Origin: Schizochytrium sp. TIO01
Lineage: Eukaryota; Protista; Bigyra: Labyrinthulomycetes
DNA length: 64,000 nt
NCBI GenBank assembly: GCA_004764695.1
Contig: SMSO01000014.1
Coordinates: 6,624,029 to 6,688,028 of the forward strand
Direction: 5' to 3'
Part shown: positions 19,121 through 31,821 of the stretch, one piece after another
How the letters are laid out: each line of letters begins with the position of its first letter
Numbering within the stretch: position 1 is the stretch's first letter
The notes under the pieces: generated by a model
Told to the model about the DNA's origin: nothing
Seen by the model: the letters and a program-made list of their open reading frames with translations, nothing else
Databases searched by the model: none
Position numbers and translations under genes: made by a program

Positions 19121-22100
19121 AATTGATTATAAATGTCTGCAGTCAGCACCGGCTGATTATTAGGGATGAGTCTGTTCTTCGTTGTTTGCAATGAATGAAC
19201 AACAACGCGACAAAGCTTTCTGAGATCCGAAACCAGTCTATAGAAAGAAGCAACTCCAGACTAGAGATTTACCAGGATGTATGTATGCTTATAATATGTA
19301 TGTGAAAATACAGTGCGTGTGCACACCTGTTCTTTCTCCTCGTTATACCTTTTTAGTCAACATCAACAGGAGAAGACGGTCTGTGGAGGGCAGGAGACCT
19401 CGAGGCGCGCAAGTCTGCGTGAACTGGCGGGTTCTCTTTTATTGATGTTTTCTGGCAAAACTGGTCCTGACGCGCTACGCCAGTAAGCGAGAGCGTTACG
19501 GCGGGCCCTGGGAGCTGTGAAGGGAGACGAGGACGGAAGAGTCAACAAACAGAGCTATGGCTGCCAATCCCACTTGTCATTCCTAGCGCGACGGAAGAGT
19601 AGGAAAAGGAATATCAGGAATTAGCTCCCAGGCACGACGTGACGAGGAGACCAGGGCAGCTCTCAGCCGGAAGCGTTTGTGCAGAAGTAAGAGGCGCAGT
19701 TCTGTGATTGCTGTTGACACAGCCTTGATCAACCGGGTACTCGAAAAATACTTAAGAAAAAACAAAAAAGAGGAAAACTTTTAAGACCTAAGCTTTGTCG
19801 ACATCCTATATGTGAAAAACACTAATACTCTTACGGAAAAGAGAAAAAGGAATTATCACGGGCATCACAAACTTGAATACCCCTTCTCAATTCTGTCTCA
19901 TGTTTGTTTCCTCTGATACTCATCATGGAAAGGTACTATCCTAACAAGCACCAGCAGGAGCGGGCTTGCTCACATTCTAAGGTTTAAGAGCAAAGGGCAA
20001 TCAGCGCTGAGAGAAGCCTCTTCAATTTGCGCGAGAGACTCACAAACGCTACCAAACATAGCTGAGCTTGAGGAACCCAAAATCAGCGCGTTTGGGTTGC
20101 GCCATAACCTCCGTTCTGTTTGAGATGGCAACTCCGAGGTCTGCAATGTTACTTGCTTGCTGTGTCGTAATCTGTTTTCATTTCAACCCTGATAGGATGT
20201 TGGGCATGATGGCAATCTCACGGATTCTGCTTAGCTTCGCGTAGAGTCTGAACAACTGAATTCTGGGTTGCCAAAGAAGATCTAGCTGACTATTATGCAG
20301 TACGTTGAACCAAAAGTTAGCAGTTTCTGCAGTGGAAAATAATTCCTTTTGATAATACTACTAACTAATAATAATTATTATGATAAGTTTAGAAATTAAA
20401 ATAAAAGAAAGGTTTGGCGAAGATGGTGTAAACCAGAATGAACTGCGCTTCTTTGAGTGGAGATTTGCAAGGACAGGGGTCGCCTCGAGTCGCGTCCGCT
20501 AAATGCCTTCACGAACGTGGAGAGCAGTTGGTGGAGAGCAGTTGTTGGAGGCCCTGGGCAAACGGAGATGGAGGCACTACTCTGTGGACGGTTATAAGGA
20601 GGCAGGATAAGCTCACCAAAGTGACCAAGTGCAAGTAAAAGGGGGGTTAGTTTGACTCCGCTTGCAAAACAGCGTTGCAAAAGGGCTGCGCATGCTACTG
20701 GTTTCCAGAGAGACTTCGTGAGGCGTGAGGACTCATTGTGGATGAAGCATGGCTTTTTTCAGCAACGGAGGAATCTTGAAGTGGTGCACCTCATATGCAC
20801 ATACATCATCCTTTTGCAGAGCTTACTTTGTAAATGCCTTTTAGCATGTCGCTGACACGAGCGTCCACGAGTCGAGGCCGAAAAGTAGGCAGTAATTGTG
20901 CACATGTGCCCATGCACATCTCACCTCAGTGTCTTGCCTATTCTATTTCTTGTTAGCCGCCTTTCCCAACTTGGACATAGAAGTACAAAGGTAGTTTGCT
21001 TGAGAGGGCCTCTAATTTGGCCAAGAGATCTTTACTGTACAGAGGATGTCGCAGGATTAAAGTGCTCAAGTCTGACATTGCCGTAGCAAGAAATCCAGCG
21101 CCTCCGTCTCTGCCTTGAACAGAAGCGATCTGAGAAGAGTAGAAAGAGCACAGGTTTATAAAGTACACCACGACCTTTAATAGTTCAAGTGCTTTTGACG
21201 CGACCCACTGAGAGGACCATGCGTAGCGCCCGCGATGAGCTGACCACACGCCCCTCCCCAGCAGTTGACTGCAAAAAGCGAACTTCCTTCCACATTACTG
21301 GAACCAGCTTTTAAGTAACGGCCATTTTTCTTTAAACTAAGTAATACTAGAACCCTCACTGAGGCTAAACATCTTCAAAATCTTGGCATCGGGCCTCTCT
21401 TTACCTTTGAAAGTGCATTGTTTTAGTAACTCTTGCTGCCAACTGCTCTTCCAGCTCCCCACGTCGGTGCGCCGAGCTGCTCCACGCGCACCCTTTCCAC
21501 CTTCAAAAGCAAGTGTAGATGCGCTGTAGCAGACTTCGGATATCGAAGCATTTCAATGATGCAATCTGTGCGAAAGTCCGTTCTATCATGCGACGCCAAG
21601 ACATAGCTTGCTGCACAGCTTAGGCGTAGACCACCATTCGTGGTCCTGCACAATTCCGTCATTGACAACAAGAATGTCCCATCCCCTTTTTATGCAGATT
21701 AGCGTATCGCTGGGTCCACTGTTATTCGCTAGGGACCATGTAAACATGTATTAGTAATTCAATGGTGTGGAGGAGCGATCGAAGTTTTCTAGATTTGGCT
21801 AGCTGATAAAAGTAAATGAAAGAGCTGCATGGATAAAGAGTGACAGACATATCCTGTGATTTATCGATGATTGAAGTGGTCAAATAAAAGAAAGAAACAT
21901 CCTTCTTTTCCTTTAGGTTTTTCCTTATCCCAAAGGTTGGCTACAATGAATTCTTTCTTTCGATTTTTATTGATAAAGAATACATATCTTTTAGGTAGTC
22001 ACTTCGGATATTCTCAGTTGGCATGGGGAGATAGCAATACTCTTTCAAGCTCTGTTGGAGGAGTGACGATAATTTTGCCTGATTTCAATTTTAATCTTCA

Positions 22101-23031
22101 TCAATTCAGAATTCTTAAGTTATTGACTTCTGGCAGGAAATTAATGTATACTACCTTTGTGAAACGTGATAAGAGAATGCTAAACGAGATGTCTGGGCAT
22201 AAAGATGTATGTACACCCAAATAAGTTAGGTTAATCATTAGTACGTACTTATGGTCCAGTACGCTACTATTAATAGTTGTTTGGAAGAGCAGTACTTGGG
22301 TTCCGTCACCATTATTTCTCTGGACCGACCCGACTCAAGTGTTTCGCGCACACAATTCTCCTTGCTAGATCCGAAAAATGCCATTTAGAAAAGTAAGACT
22401 ATTCATGAAGTTTCTCTAGGATTTGAAGATCATGTAATCGAACAAAACCCATGCTATACTGCATATACGGTAAGGAAAGTATTGGTACTCATATAAACAT
22501 CCCGAGTGCGCAACCCTTTTTGGCATGGAAGATCGAGGCAGAGATGATCTATGGATTAACCTATATAGTCCTTACCTCTTCGGACTGCTGAGAGTCCTTG
22601 AAACCAGGACATGGACCGAACCAAGCCTAACGACGACGTGGAGAACAGCAACACAAGATAAGCAAAGCGCTATACCCGAGGTACTCAACACTTGACGTGG
22701 CCTGCAGCGTAGAGCTGACGCTTGCGAGGCTACGGTCTGGCACACGTGTGAGCTCTGGTATATCTTCTAACTGTGCAATTACTCTTTTTGCAGTCTCAAG
22801 AAAATATCTGAAAGGTTCATCGACCAACATTAAGCATCGCCAAATCAGGACGCTGGTCAACAAGGAGCCTTCTTTCGGGGCAATTAAGCATAGGCCACTC
22901 TCCTTTGCTTACTGAGAATTCGCCTTTGCAGAGTCCTCCCTCCATAATTAGAAGCGAGAACCTGACTTTGTGCTTTGCTACATTGCCGCATACGGAATTA
23001 ATTGATCGTGAAAAACTGATTAAACACAACC

Positions 23032-24030
23032 ATGTCTTCTGTGAACGTGACAAACATCTCGGTCCTGAACAACCCCGGCAAGTTTACGGATCCTTTCCGG
23101 TTCGAGGTAACCTTTGAGTGTGTGAAGGAGCTCAGTGCTGACCTTGAGTGGAGGCTGACTTATGTAGGATCTCCAGATAGTGAGGCCTGTGATCAGGAGC
23201 TGGAGTCTGTTCTCGTAGGTCCTGTTCCATTGGGCGTGAACCGCTTTGAGCTGGTAACTCCGCCCCCTGACCACACAAAGATCCCACGAGATGACCTTTT
23301 GGGTGTTACTGTATGCCTTCTGGCCTGCCTTTACAAGGATAAGGAATTCATCCGCATTGGATACTATGTGAACAATGAATATGACGACCCGGACGCAGAG
23401 AAACTCAAGCCAAGCGAAGACTCCCTTGGTATGGCCATCGATGACAGTGACAATGAGGAGGAAGAAGAGGAAGAAGATGATGATGATGAAGAGGAGGAAA
23501 ACGACGATGATGACGAAGATGGTGAGGGAGACGAAAACACCAAGGACGCTCTCAATAACGAAGGCTCTGCAAAGGAGTCTTCCTCTGCCCGCAAGAAAAA
23601 GTCTTCATCATCCTCGAAAGAACAGGATGAGGATGAAGAGGACGAAGCTTCAGGAGAAGCAGCAGATAAAGAATCCGCCTCGGCTGCTAATGATGAGGAT
23701 GGTGAGCAAGACACATCTGGAACACAGGATCAAGCTGATGCCCCAGAAGAGGATGAAGGACCTCCGACAAAGCGTGTGAAGCACGCCGAGGACAACAATG
23801 TCGAGGATAATGACGAAGAAGAGCAGGACGCTGAAGACGATGACCAGCAAGAGGAAGAGGAGGATGACGAAGACGACGAAGATGGTGGTTCGAAAAAGGA
23901 AGACGATAAGGAAATGACAACCAAGCCCGAGAGCCTTCAGCTGCCTGCAAAATTTTCTGTTGACAAGATCAAGCGCTCTATTCTTGCGGATAAGCCTCGC
24001 ATTACACGTATCATGATTGACTGGGAGTAA
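23032..24030 (+). CDS. ASF1: Histone H3-H4 chaperone ASF1 with a long internal acidic insertion
   Basis: Matches the ASF1 core: VNVTNISVLNNP..F.DPFRFEVTFEC, DLEWRLTYVGS, DQELESVLVGPVPLG, EFIRIGYYVNNEY and the terminal RSILADKPRITRIMIDWE. Confidence 0.96.
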   Translation: MSSVNVTNISVLNNPGKFTDPFRFEVTFECVKELSADLEWRLTYVGSPDSEACDQELESVLVGPVPLGVNRFELVTPPPDHTKIPRDDLLGVTVCLLACLYKDKEFIRIGYYVNNEYDDPDAEKLKPSEDSLGMAIDDSDNEEEEEEEDDDDEEEENDDDDEDGEGDENTKDALNNEGSAKESSSARKKKSSSSSKEQDEDEEDEASGEAADKESASAANDEDGEQDTSGTQDQADAPEEDEGPPTKRVKHAEDNNVEDNDEEEQDAEDDDQQEEEEDDEDDEDGGSKKEDDKEMTTKPESLQLPAKFSVDKIKRSILADKPRITRIMIDWE

Positions 24031-24053
24031 GTGTAGCGCGCTATGTGTTTAGT

Positions 24054-24075
24054 TGATGATGATGATGATGATGAT
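24054..24075. repeat. (GAT)n microsatellite in the ASF1 3' region
   Basis: Visible in the sequence. Confidence 0.9.
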
Positions 24076-24586
24076 AGATTAATAAATAAATGCAACAGAA
24101 AAATGTTTAAATTAAAACATATGGTGACAAATTAATTCATTATTACAAAGGAGCAAGCCGAGGAAAATAAACCCTAGAACAATTAACAGACTTGACCTCG
24201 TAAACATTGTTGAACGAGGCTATCGATGCATTTGTTACAAACGACACAGTTGATACATGTTGAAAAAATATCTACATATCTACAACGGATTCGAATTAAA
24301 GAAGACCTTTGTCCCTAGGCATTCTGCAAATAGATCTCGCAATTTGCTAGGCTATTATGTTAGCGGAGCCCGAAGGCTCGAGCAAGAGGAACAAAAAAGA
24401 CCATAGCGATATTTATGGACGATTTAATGTCATCAAGGCGTCAACTTTACTTGGGAAGTTGGCCATTGATGAACTAACCAATACATAGCAAGCCCTGAGC
24501 TGTCTCATATAATAGCCCAGCTTTTAGCGCATTGACATTTCTCACACTGAGGAAATGTCATCAGCAACGCGTATCGATGTGGCCTG

Positions 24587-25618
24587 TCAACAAGCACAAA
24601 GACCGCACGACTTGATTTGATACGTTACTCGCGTCTCTGGGATAGCAGGAGAAAAGACTACCGAAAAATGTCGAGAACCATTTTCTCGAGATAGCATGAA
24701 GCGCGAATTTATACAGTTCGCCCAAGTGAGCCCGAGGGCCGCATGCACATCCTTTGACCCAGCAGAGACCTGATTCACAATAATAAAACAACAATTATAA
24801 CGATCGCTGAGATCCCTAAGAATATAGCTTATTCGAAGAAACCATTTACTACGATCTGCAAGAGTTATCATGCCTGTATTGAGCCGGAGAATCGCTGCCA
24901 GAGAGTCAATAACTACAAGTTTGATCTGGGATTGCTTGCCTTTTGCTGTAACCAAAGAATTTCTGAGCAATTCAGGAATGCCCTTTTCAATTGTCTGAGC
25001 TAGACGTGCAAAGTCGTGAACCTCTTTAATCAGTACACGGTCAAGTACCTCCTTTACAGCGCCATCTCTTCCCAATTTTGATGCGAGGCCACCCAAAGCT
25101 GTGGATTCCTCTTCGTGAGAGCACAAGATTGATCCTGAAGCATATTCATTTACAATCGAAGCCAGTCGCGTAGTGGGAGCGCGACCTTCAGTACAAATAT
25201 ACACGCTACGACCTAACACGCCGTCTTTACTGGAGAGCACTGCTGATGCCAACAATCGCAACACAAATTGAGTTTTACCACATCCAGCTTCGCCGCAGAT
25301 CTCCGTTATCCCGTGCCTCAAAATGCCACCAGAGAGAGCCTTATCGAGACCTGCACAGCCGGTCTTGAGACGAAATCGTTCGGGACTTTCACGTTCTCTA
25401 CGGGCCATGTCCAGTGCAGAACAGATTCTTGGAACTGGCGGAAGGTGTCCATCCTGTCCAGGTCTGCGGCGCTTGAACCCAGATTTCGAGGGCTCCGTTG
25501 ATGCCTTCAAGGCCGTCATGGTTATTGGAACGCTCCATGAGGAGCTCGTGCCGCTGGATGAACCGCTGCTGACACCGCTAGATCCACCGTGGGCTGAGCT
25601 GAGACCGCCACTGTGCAT
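24587..25618 (-). CDS. XRCC3: RAD51 paralog, most like XRCC3
   Basis: TGCAGLDKALSGG, Walker A GEAGCGKTQ, YICTEG, Walker B LVVIDS, IVNQV and the XRCC3-like AALGLTWANCINSRFML. Confidence 0.8.
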   Translation of the reverse strand: MHSGGLSSAHGGSSGVSSGSSSGTSSSWSVPITMTALKASTEPSKSGFKRRRPGQDGHLPPVPRICSALDMARRERESPERFRLKTGCAGLDKALSGGILRHGITEICGEAGCGKTQFVLRLLASAVLSSKDGVLGRSVYICTEGRAPTTRLASIVNEYASGSILCSHEEESTALGGLASKLGRDGAVKEVLDRVLIKEVHDFARLAQTIEKGIPELLRNSLVTAKGKQSQIKLVVIDSLAAILRLNTGMITLADRSKWFLRISYILRDLSDRYNCCFIIVNQVSAGSKDVHAALGLTWANCINSRFMLSRENGSRHFSVVFSPAIPETRVTYQIKSCGLCAC

Positions 25619-27627
25619 TTCTGATGCCTCTACGTGCGGAGTTTGGGCTTTGCGGAGGCCATTGATTAAAAAGGTTTCAAAGTTATCGAGTAGAGAGTGG
25701 AGAGGAAAATTTCATGTTTCCTCCAAAGTCAAAGCAAAATTGTTTTCTAAAGTAAATATATTTATCATTAAAATCGAAATCATAAAGAGCTAACAATATA
25801 GCCGTATAAGCCTTAGGAACTCTGGTCGTTAAGTCAAATAGCAATTTTAATATTCTTTTTCTCGAAAAAAACATGATTTGATGAGTAAGAAAGAAAGAAA
25901 GAAAGAAAAAGGTAGCTACTGAGAATGGTATATTCAAAGTTGCGGAACCCAGGTCTCTTGACGAGGGCATTGTCGGTATTGAGTTGGAATTGTTGTTCAA
26001 GAGATAGCGTGCGACAGCATAAATTTGGTATGCTAAGAAATGGCATGGAGAAGATGTAGATTTCGAAGATGTAGGTTCTGAAGTGATGATGGTGAAAGCT
26101 GATCAATGCTGTTGGTGTTCAAGGTGATAGAGATGACAAATCCAGCTTCATTTACAAACTAGAGACCAGCAAAAGTGAGATTTTAATATTCTTCAGGGAG
26201 ATACAACGTCCTCATGATAGTGATTCGAATTACTGAAAGAAGGTGACTCTTTACATTTGCCAAGAATAGTCTCACTGTTACATGTGTCGATTTTAACTGA
26301 GTTGTTTTAATAGGTACGTACTTCACTAGCCAATAGTGCAACTAGAACAGCTCCGGTCAAGAATTGTAACTTTATGAATATATAGAAAGGATCTCTGGCA
26401 ATTCATAGCAAATGAGGCTTTGCTGGTTGACGAGCATAATCGACGCTCGGCAAAAAAAGAAACGAAGAATAGAGTCTTTGATAATTCTTGAAGATGATCT
26501 TTTTGCAACAGTGGATTAACGTCGACATTTAAGCTAATTCAGTTGCTATTGCCAAATTAGATATAAACTAGAGTTGGCATCGGGAGCTCTCTAAGTACCT
26601 CACTTAATCAGGCTTGGTTTTATACATATATACATATATTAAAATATTTATAATCTTTATTTGATGTTTTTATTTTTTAAAGGAGAGGTGACAATTATAG
26701 CCATGTAACCTCCGGCTGGCCTTGATTGTCATGAGTCTAGCATGACCCAAACGTAGTAGATTGTAGGTTCTTCAGGTAAGATTGTTTGTATTATTCGATA
26801 TTGACCACCCTGGTGTTTTCTTGTCATCCACAACACTAATCGTGCATTCAAGACGAAAGAGATACACGCTCTGACAATATAATCCCCATGTGATGATAAC
26901 ACAAGAAATAATTATTGCACGTCGTGACTCTCTCTTGGAGCACTAGGAGGTCTGATATTACCTCCACAATCTAGAAGACAAGAAAATTAAAGAATGCATT
27001 CCCCCCTCTAAAAATGAGGAAAGAAGAGTGAAATGAATCGAAAGTCTTATAAAACCTTAGCACAAAGAGTGAAACTTGTTCAGGATTCAAATGTGTTTCG
27101 CTCTTGTCGCGATGTCGCTGTCAGCCTTGTACCAGACGTTGACTACATTGCTTTCAAAATGTCTCCTATTCTTGGCAAGCCGAGGCATGCAATAGCCCAG
27201 AGGCGCGCTCAAACATATTGCACAAAACCACACCAGCAATTTGCATTGTTTAGAACAACGCATTTACCAACAACCAGTGAGTGCCTACTCTGGACCTTAT
27301 TACCGCTCGACAAGCTTAGATTAGTCCTTTAATCGATCCATCTTATTTTAGTAGCATACATCGATGGGAAGGTCTTTGTTTTAAAATGTTAATAATTATA
27401 CTAGAGTACCAAAGAATTGGATGACTGTAGATGTCCAACGGATTTATTGCACGTGCACATAAATATATACGTAGGGAGGTAGTACAATCAATTCTGTGCT
27501 GTGCATCAATTGATGCTTCAAGGCTGCTCGATATTTGGAGCTGTCTAGCGCAGTTTTGGCACTGCATGCCGTCGTCAGACAGCGTGCTGGCAGTTGCCAA
27601 GGTCCTTGAGTTTCGGGTTGGCTCAAA

Positions 27628-30138
27628 ATGAGGCCCGGCACAGCGCCCAGTGTTGGTGGGGGCGGGCGTGGAGATCGAGATCGAGATGAGATGGAAGCAA
27701 CAATGCTAGCGCTCATGGACAACAATGAGCTGCACAGACGCCCAAAGACGTCCTCAAATAGTTTACGTGATGGTCGAGGGCAAAGCGCTGGAGCTGCATC
27801 GCCCAACTCAAAGGCCGGTAGCGCCAGTAGCGGTCCGAACATATTTTTTGAGCAGCTTGGAGCAAGTGCGGCCATGAAAGATGATTTTGTCAAGAGCAAG
27901 TTAAACTCGAAGAGCAAGAAGAAAAACAGGAAAAGCAGTTTGAGTCTAATTGAGGATGGAGTACGTAAGACAAAATCTAAGAACGACCTCGGGCCAGTAC
28001 TTGTACCTGTGGATAACAAAGAGGCTCTTGCCAATGAACGAAAACTTCGGAAGCAAGAAAAACGTGAACGTGATTTTGCTAAGATGATGCTTATCAATCC
28101 GCAGCAATTAGCCATCATGATGGGCGCTATGGGTGGCGCCTCCATGATGCGTTCAGCAAGTCGTGATAAGGGTAACTCAACAGGTAAAGCCGGTGGCAGA
28201 AAATCTGCAGGAAATGGTAATAACGGGACAAGGCCAAACACTAGTGACAATTCCAAAGCCTTGGCGCAAAAACAGGCTTTGGTAGACAAGCTCGCTTCGA
28301 AAGCAGACATTCTTGAGGTTAAAATAATTAAGCATGAACGCGCAATTGAAGCTATCAGACAACAGATGATCGAGGAAAAGCGCCAGCGTCGGGAGATGGG
28401 AGGCATAAAGGCTTACAGAATGTTACAGGCCACCAAAGCAAAACAACGACAAATCCTCGAAGATCGTCTCAATAGCCTCAATGTTCGAAGTAGCGAGATT
28501 GAGTCAAAGAACATGGAGCTTGTGAGCGCAATAAATGCAAGACGTCTCGAGCGACAGACCTTTGAGCGCAGCTACAAAAAGTTAAAGCGAGAGTTCAAGC
28601 TGAAACAAAAGGAAATGGCAGTAATGCTTGAACAAAGTAATGAAGCCTATGAAGGCAGGCAAGAGGCCCTCAGCAAGCTTGAAGAAGTGCAAACACGAGC
28701 TCAACAAGAGCGTGATGATTTTGAGAAGGAGTACGACGAGCTTGGGCATATTGTTAAACATCAGTCAGAAGTAAAAACCTACGTTCAGCAAACTGCAATT
28801 AAAAGAAAAGAGAAACAAATAGTTGAGCGTATTGCCGCAGGTAATCTCGATGCAGAAGAGGAGGCGCTACTTAAGAGCAAATTGTCTTTACTAAGTCGAG
28901 AGTTAAAAAAACAAGAGGAATCCATCAACGTCTCCAAAGAGAGTATACATTCATATGAAGAGGCATTTGAAAAACTTTACTCGTCTTCAGGAATCAGAGA
29001 TATGAACGCTATTGTTGATCAGTTTGTGCGAAATGAAGATGAAAACTTCACCTTGTATAATCATGTTCAGCATCTGACGAGGGAAACAGAACGCGAAGAA
29101 GATCAGTTACGTCATTTGATGAGTGACATGGAAAAGTATAAGAAGGAGCTTAGTCAGAACGAAGGCCATCGAGAAAAAATCGTGCTTGATCTTGAGGAAA
29201 AGCTCGTTCGGTACCATACGCAGCTTGATCAGGTCAAAAGCTTGATCAATCACAATGAGCAGAGCCTGGAAGCGATTTGTCAAGCCACAGAAAATCTATT
29301 CTTTCGTATTGGGTGTCCAAGTATGCGTGGTCTTGAAAATTTCCGATCACCCGAGATTGTTGGTCTTTCCCTTGACAGAACTATGACATTAAAGCGAGGA
29401 CAAGGAACAGGACGACAAACAGCATTTGGACTTCGACGAAGTACAACAAGACGTGGGAGTAGCTTGGGTTCAACCAGTGAAGAGCCAAGGTCCCCAGCGT
29501 CGCCCAAATCTCCAGAATCTGAAACTAAAAGTGCAACAGAGAAAGCAACTTTGCAGAGTGGGCCAACTAGCACGCCGACGCCCGTACCACCAGAAGACGT
29601 GAAGAAAACTACACCTCCAACTGCAATATTGTCGCCCATATTACCGGGTGAAGGGGCAACGACATTCAAGATCACTGGACCAGATGTAGTAGCAGGCTCG
29701 GCATTTGAGAATGACAAAGCTCTTATTCTTCGTCTAGGCAGCAAAGTGACTGAGAAGAACATAATGTTGTATTTAGGCACTGTGGAGCAGCGGACAACTG
29801 AGATCATGCAGCTTTATCGCCGATTCTGCCTTAAATCTCAGCAGCCATCCGGTTTCAAAGGCGCCGATCGGTTCTCGGCGTCTGGAGTAGTTGTACCTGC
29901 TATTCCTCGCGAAACAATCCGTCTAAACGTGCATGTTCCATCTTGTCATCGCCACCAAGCTAGGGGTGAGGACCGGATTGGACTTGGTGACGTTGGCTCA
30001 AGAAGTATCATGGACCGCCAAGATGGATATATGCACGAGGAAGACGAGGATGAAATTGAGGACGTTCGCCCCCTTTCATCAGAACAACTTCGGGAAATGA
30101 CAGTGCGTGAGAATATGCCGATTGAATCTACTTATTAA
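27628..30138 (+). CDS. ODAD1: Outer dynein arm docking complex subunit DC2 (ODA1/CCDC114/CCDC63 family)
   Basis: Long coiled coil carrying the family motifs SYEEAFEKL..SGI, FVRNEDENFTLYNHV and VTEKNIMLYLGTVEQRTTEI. Confidence 0.82.
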   Translation: MRPGTAPSVGGGGRGDRDRDEMEATMLALMDNNELHRRPKTSSNSLRDGRGQSAGAASPNSKAGSASSGPNIFFEQLGASAAMKDDFVKSKLNSKSKKKNRKSSLSLIEDGVRKTKSKNDLGPVLVPVDNKEALANERKLRKQEKRERDFAKMMLINPQQLAIMMGAMGGASMMRSASRDKGNSTGKAGGRKSAGNGNNGTRPNTSDNSKALAQKQALVDKLASKADILEVKIIKHERAIEAIRQQMIEEKRQRREMGGIKAYRMLQATKAKQRQILEDRLNSLNVRSSEIESKNMELVSAINARRLERQTFERSYKKLKREFKLKQKEMAVMLEQSNEAYEGRQEALSKLEEVQTRAQQERDDFEKEYDELGHIVKHQSEVKTYVQQTAIKRKEKQIVERIAAGNLDAEEEALLKSKLSLLSRELKKQEESINVSKESIHSYEEAFEKLYSSSGIRDMNAIVDQFVRNEDENFTLYNHVQHLTRETEREEDQLRHLMSDMEKYKKELSQNEGHREKIVLDLEEKLVRYHTQLDQVKSLINHNEQSLEAICQATENLFFRIGCPSMRGLENFRSPEIVGLSLDRTMTLKRGQGTGRQTAFGLRRSTTRRGSSLGSTSEEPRSPASPKSPESETKSATEKATLQSGPTSTPTPVPPEDVKKTTPPTAILSPILPGEGATTFKITGPDVVAGSAFENDKALILRLGSKVTEKNIMLYLGTVEQRTTEIMQLYRRFCLKSQQPSGFKGADRFSASGVVVPAIPRETIRLNVHVPSCHRHQARGEDRIGLGDVGSRSIMDRQDGYMHEEDEDEIEDVRPLSSEQLREMTVRENMPIESTY

Positions 30139-31667
30139 TTTAGGAAGTTGAACACAGCTGTGTTTTGCGAGTGATTTCAACTTGCGCTCAGCGACTTTAA
30201 TTCATCAAGAAAATCCTGCGGTGTAGCTTTGGTCATTTGCAGAAACAAACACTGTCATGATTTCCAAGCCAGAAATTCTCTGACTTTAAGTTTGCTCCAG
30301 AGGTTTCTTTACCTCTATCTCGTTGCACTACCTAGGTAGCCATAGAGTAAAATAGAAGCAAACTTATATTTGTAGCTTATACCCAACCTTCTCTATTCGA
30401 TCATGCCACGCTAGTAGCACCTCATCTTATTCGCACTGAGAAGTAAAGTCGCGTAGCGCCGGTTCAGTAGTATGATAGGGGACTGCATGCGAAGCCCCGG
30501 TGTTGAATGTTCTTCAATCCTTTTATTTTTTACTTTAACGCAAGAAGAAAACAACTCGTTTATATCACAATATTATACACTTCAAAGATTTATTTAATGA
30601 AAATGTACCTGCCTGAAGAGGATTAAAACAACTATGAGAAAGGCAGTTGGGGGTTTTCTCTAGGTAGAGAATTCCCATCTTTTTGACACTTCCCTCCCTT
30701 CTTTCTTTCTGGCACATATTTGGTGATTCTCTCGCAGCCTCCGGTAGCTCCGATGTTTGAAAGCCTCTCTGTTTTCACCACGTTGACGGCGTAAAGCAAA
30801 CATCCATCAACTCGACACATCTTTAAAATCCGAAAATCGTCGACTTGTTCTCCATTCTCTCCCAAGCTTTAGTCATATCCAGATGAGTTTTCCACGGATC
30901 CCATCGCAAGCATATTTTGTCATCCGAAATAAAAACCTACTCCTGACAAATAATTATTTTCTTGGACGCTCCACAAAAACACAGTTGCGAGTTTGTGTCG
31001 CTCCAAGACTTCATCTAAGGCAACAAAAGGATTCCATAAGTTCCCATCTGTTATCTCAAATAGACCTCGATAAAAGGATCTTTTCTTGCCTGCTCTTCAT
31101 ACGCCTCAGCAACAAAATCTCAGCATCCTTCTTTTGCTTTACACAACAACTTAATTTCTTATAACTATTTTTTGTAAAAAGCGAAAAAAATCCTTGAAGA
31201 GTAGTTCTTTGCGTTAGCTATCTTCTTCATCTGCACGACCAAAAAGGGATGGTGGCCTCCCTCCTGTCGCTTTCTGCCTTGTTTTTGACCTGGTCAAAGC
31301 ACGAGGCCTCCTCGTCTTTCTTCAAGACCAGACTCCTTTTTAGCGCTCCCAGGATAAATTAGAAACGAAGTGAAAGCACCTTAAACAAAAGAGCAAAACA
31401 CCTTAACACAGGAAAGGAACGAAAGGGAATACCTTCGCCAAAGCCAGCAATCCTTGCAAACCCGCAACACGAGGCAGCGCGCGCGCACGATATCCACGGC
31501 CCCGCGACCTCTTGCGCGCCACACCCTCAACGCATTCGTTGCTTGTGGGCGAGGCTTAGTCTGCAGAGGCACTTGCGAGGCATCGCGAGGAGTCCTCCCA
31601 TTCCTCAGATAGATAGATAGCTGAAGTTACCGTTCCTGATCAGCAGCGCGAGCGAAGACTCAAACTA

Positions 31668-31693
31668 CTCTCTCTCTCTCTCTCTCTCTCTCT
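31668..31693. repeat. (CT)n microsatellite in the putative promoter/5' leader of the LRR gene
   Basis: Visible in the sequence, just downstream of a GC-rich block and a (GATA)n run. Confidence 0.9.
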
Positions 31694-31821
31694 TGCTCGA
31701 GTACAAAAGCAAAGCGAAGACGAAGACAAAGACAAAGACAAAGTCAAAGCAAAGGCAATCAACGCGATTGATCAATTCGTGTGCTCCATCCATCAAAGGA
31801 TACACTCACTACTGCAACAGG

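Noticed and set aside
27444-28406. 320-aa minus-strand ORF opposite ODAD1
   Set aside because: It is an antisense shadow of a K/E-rich coiled-coil gene.
30450-30510. GC-rich stem-like segment considered as a tRNA or ncRNA
   Set aside because: No cloverleaf or T-loop consensus could be built.
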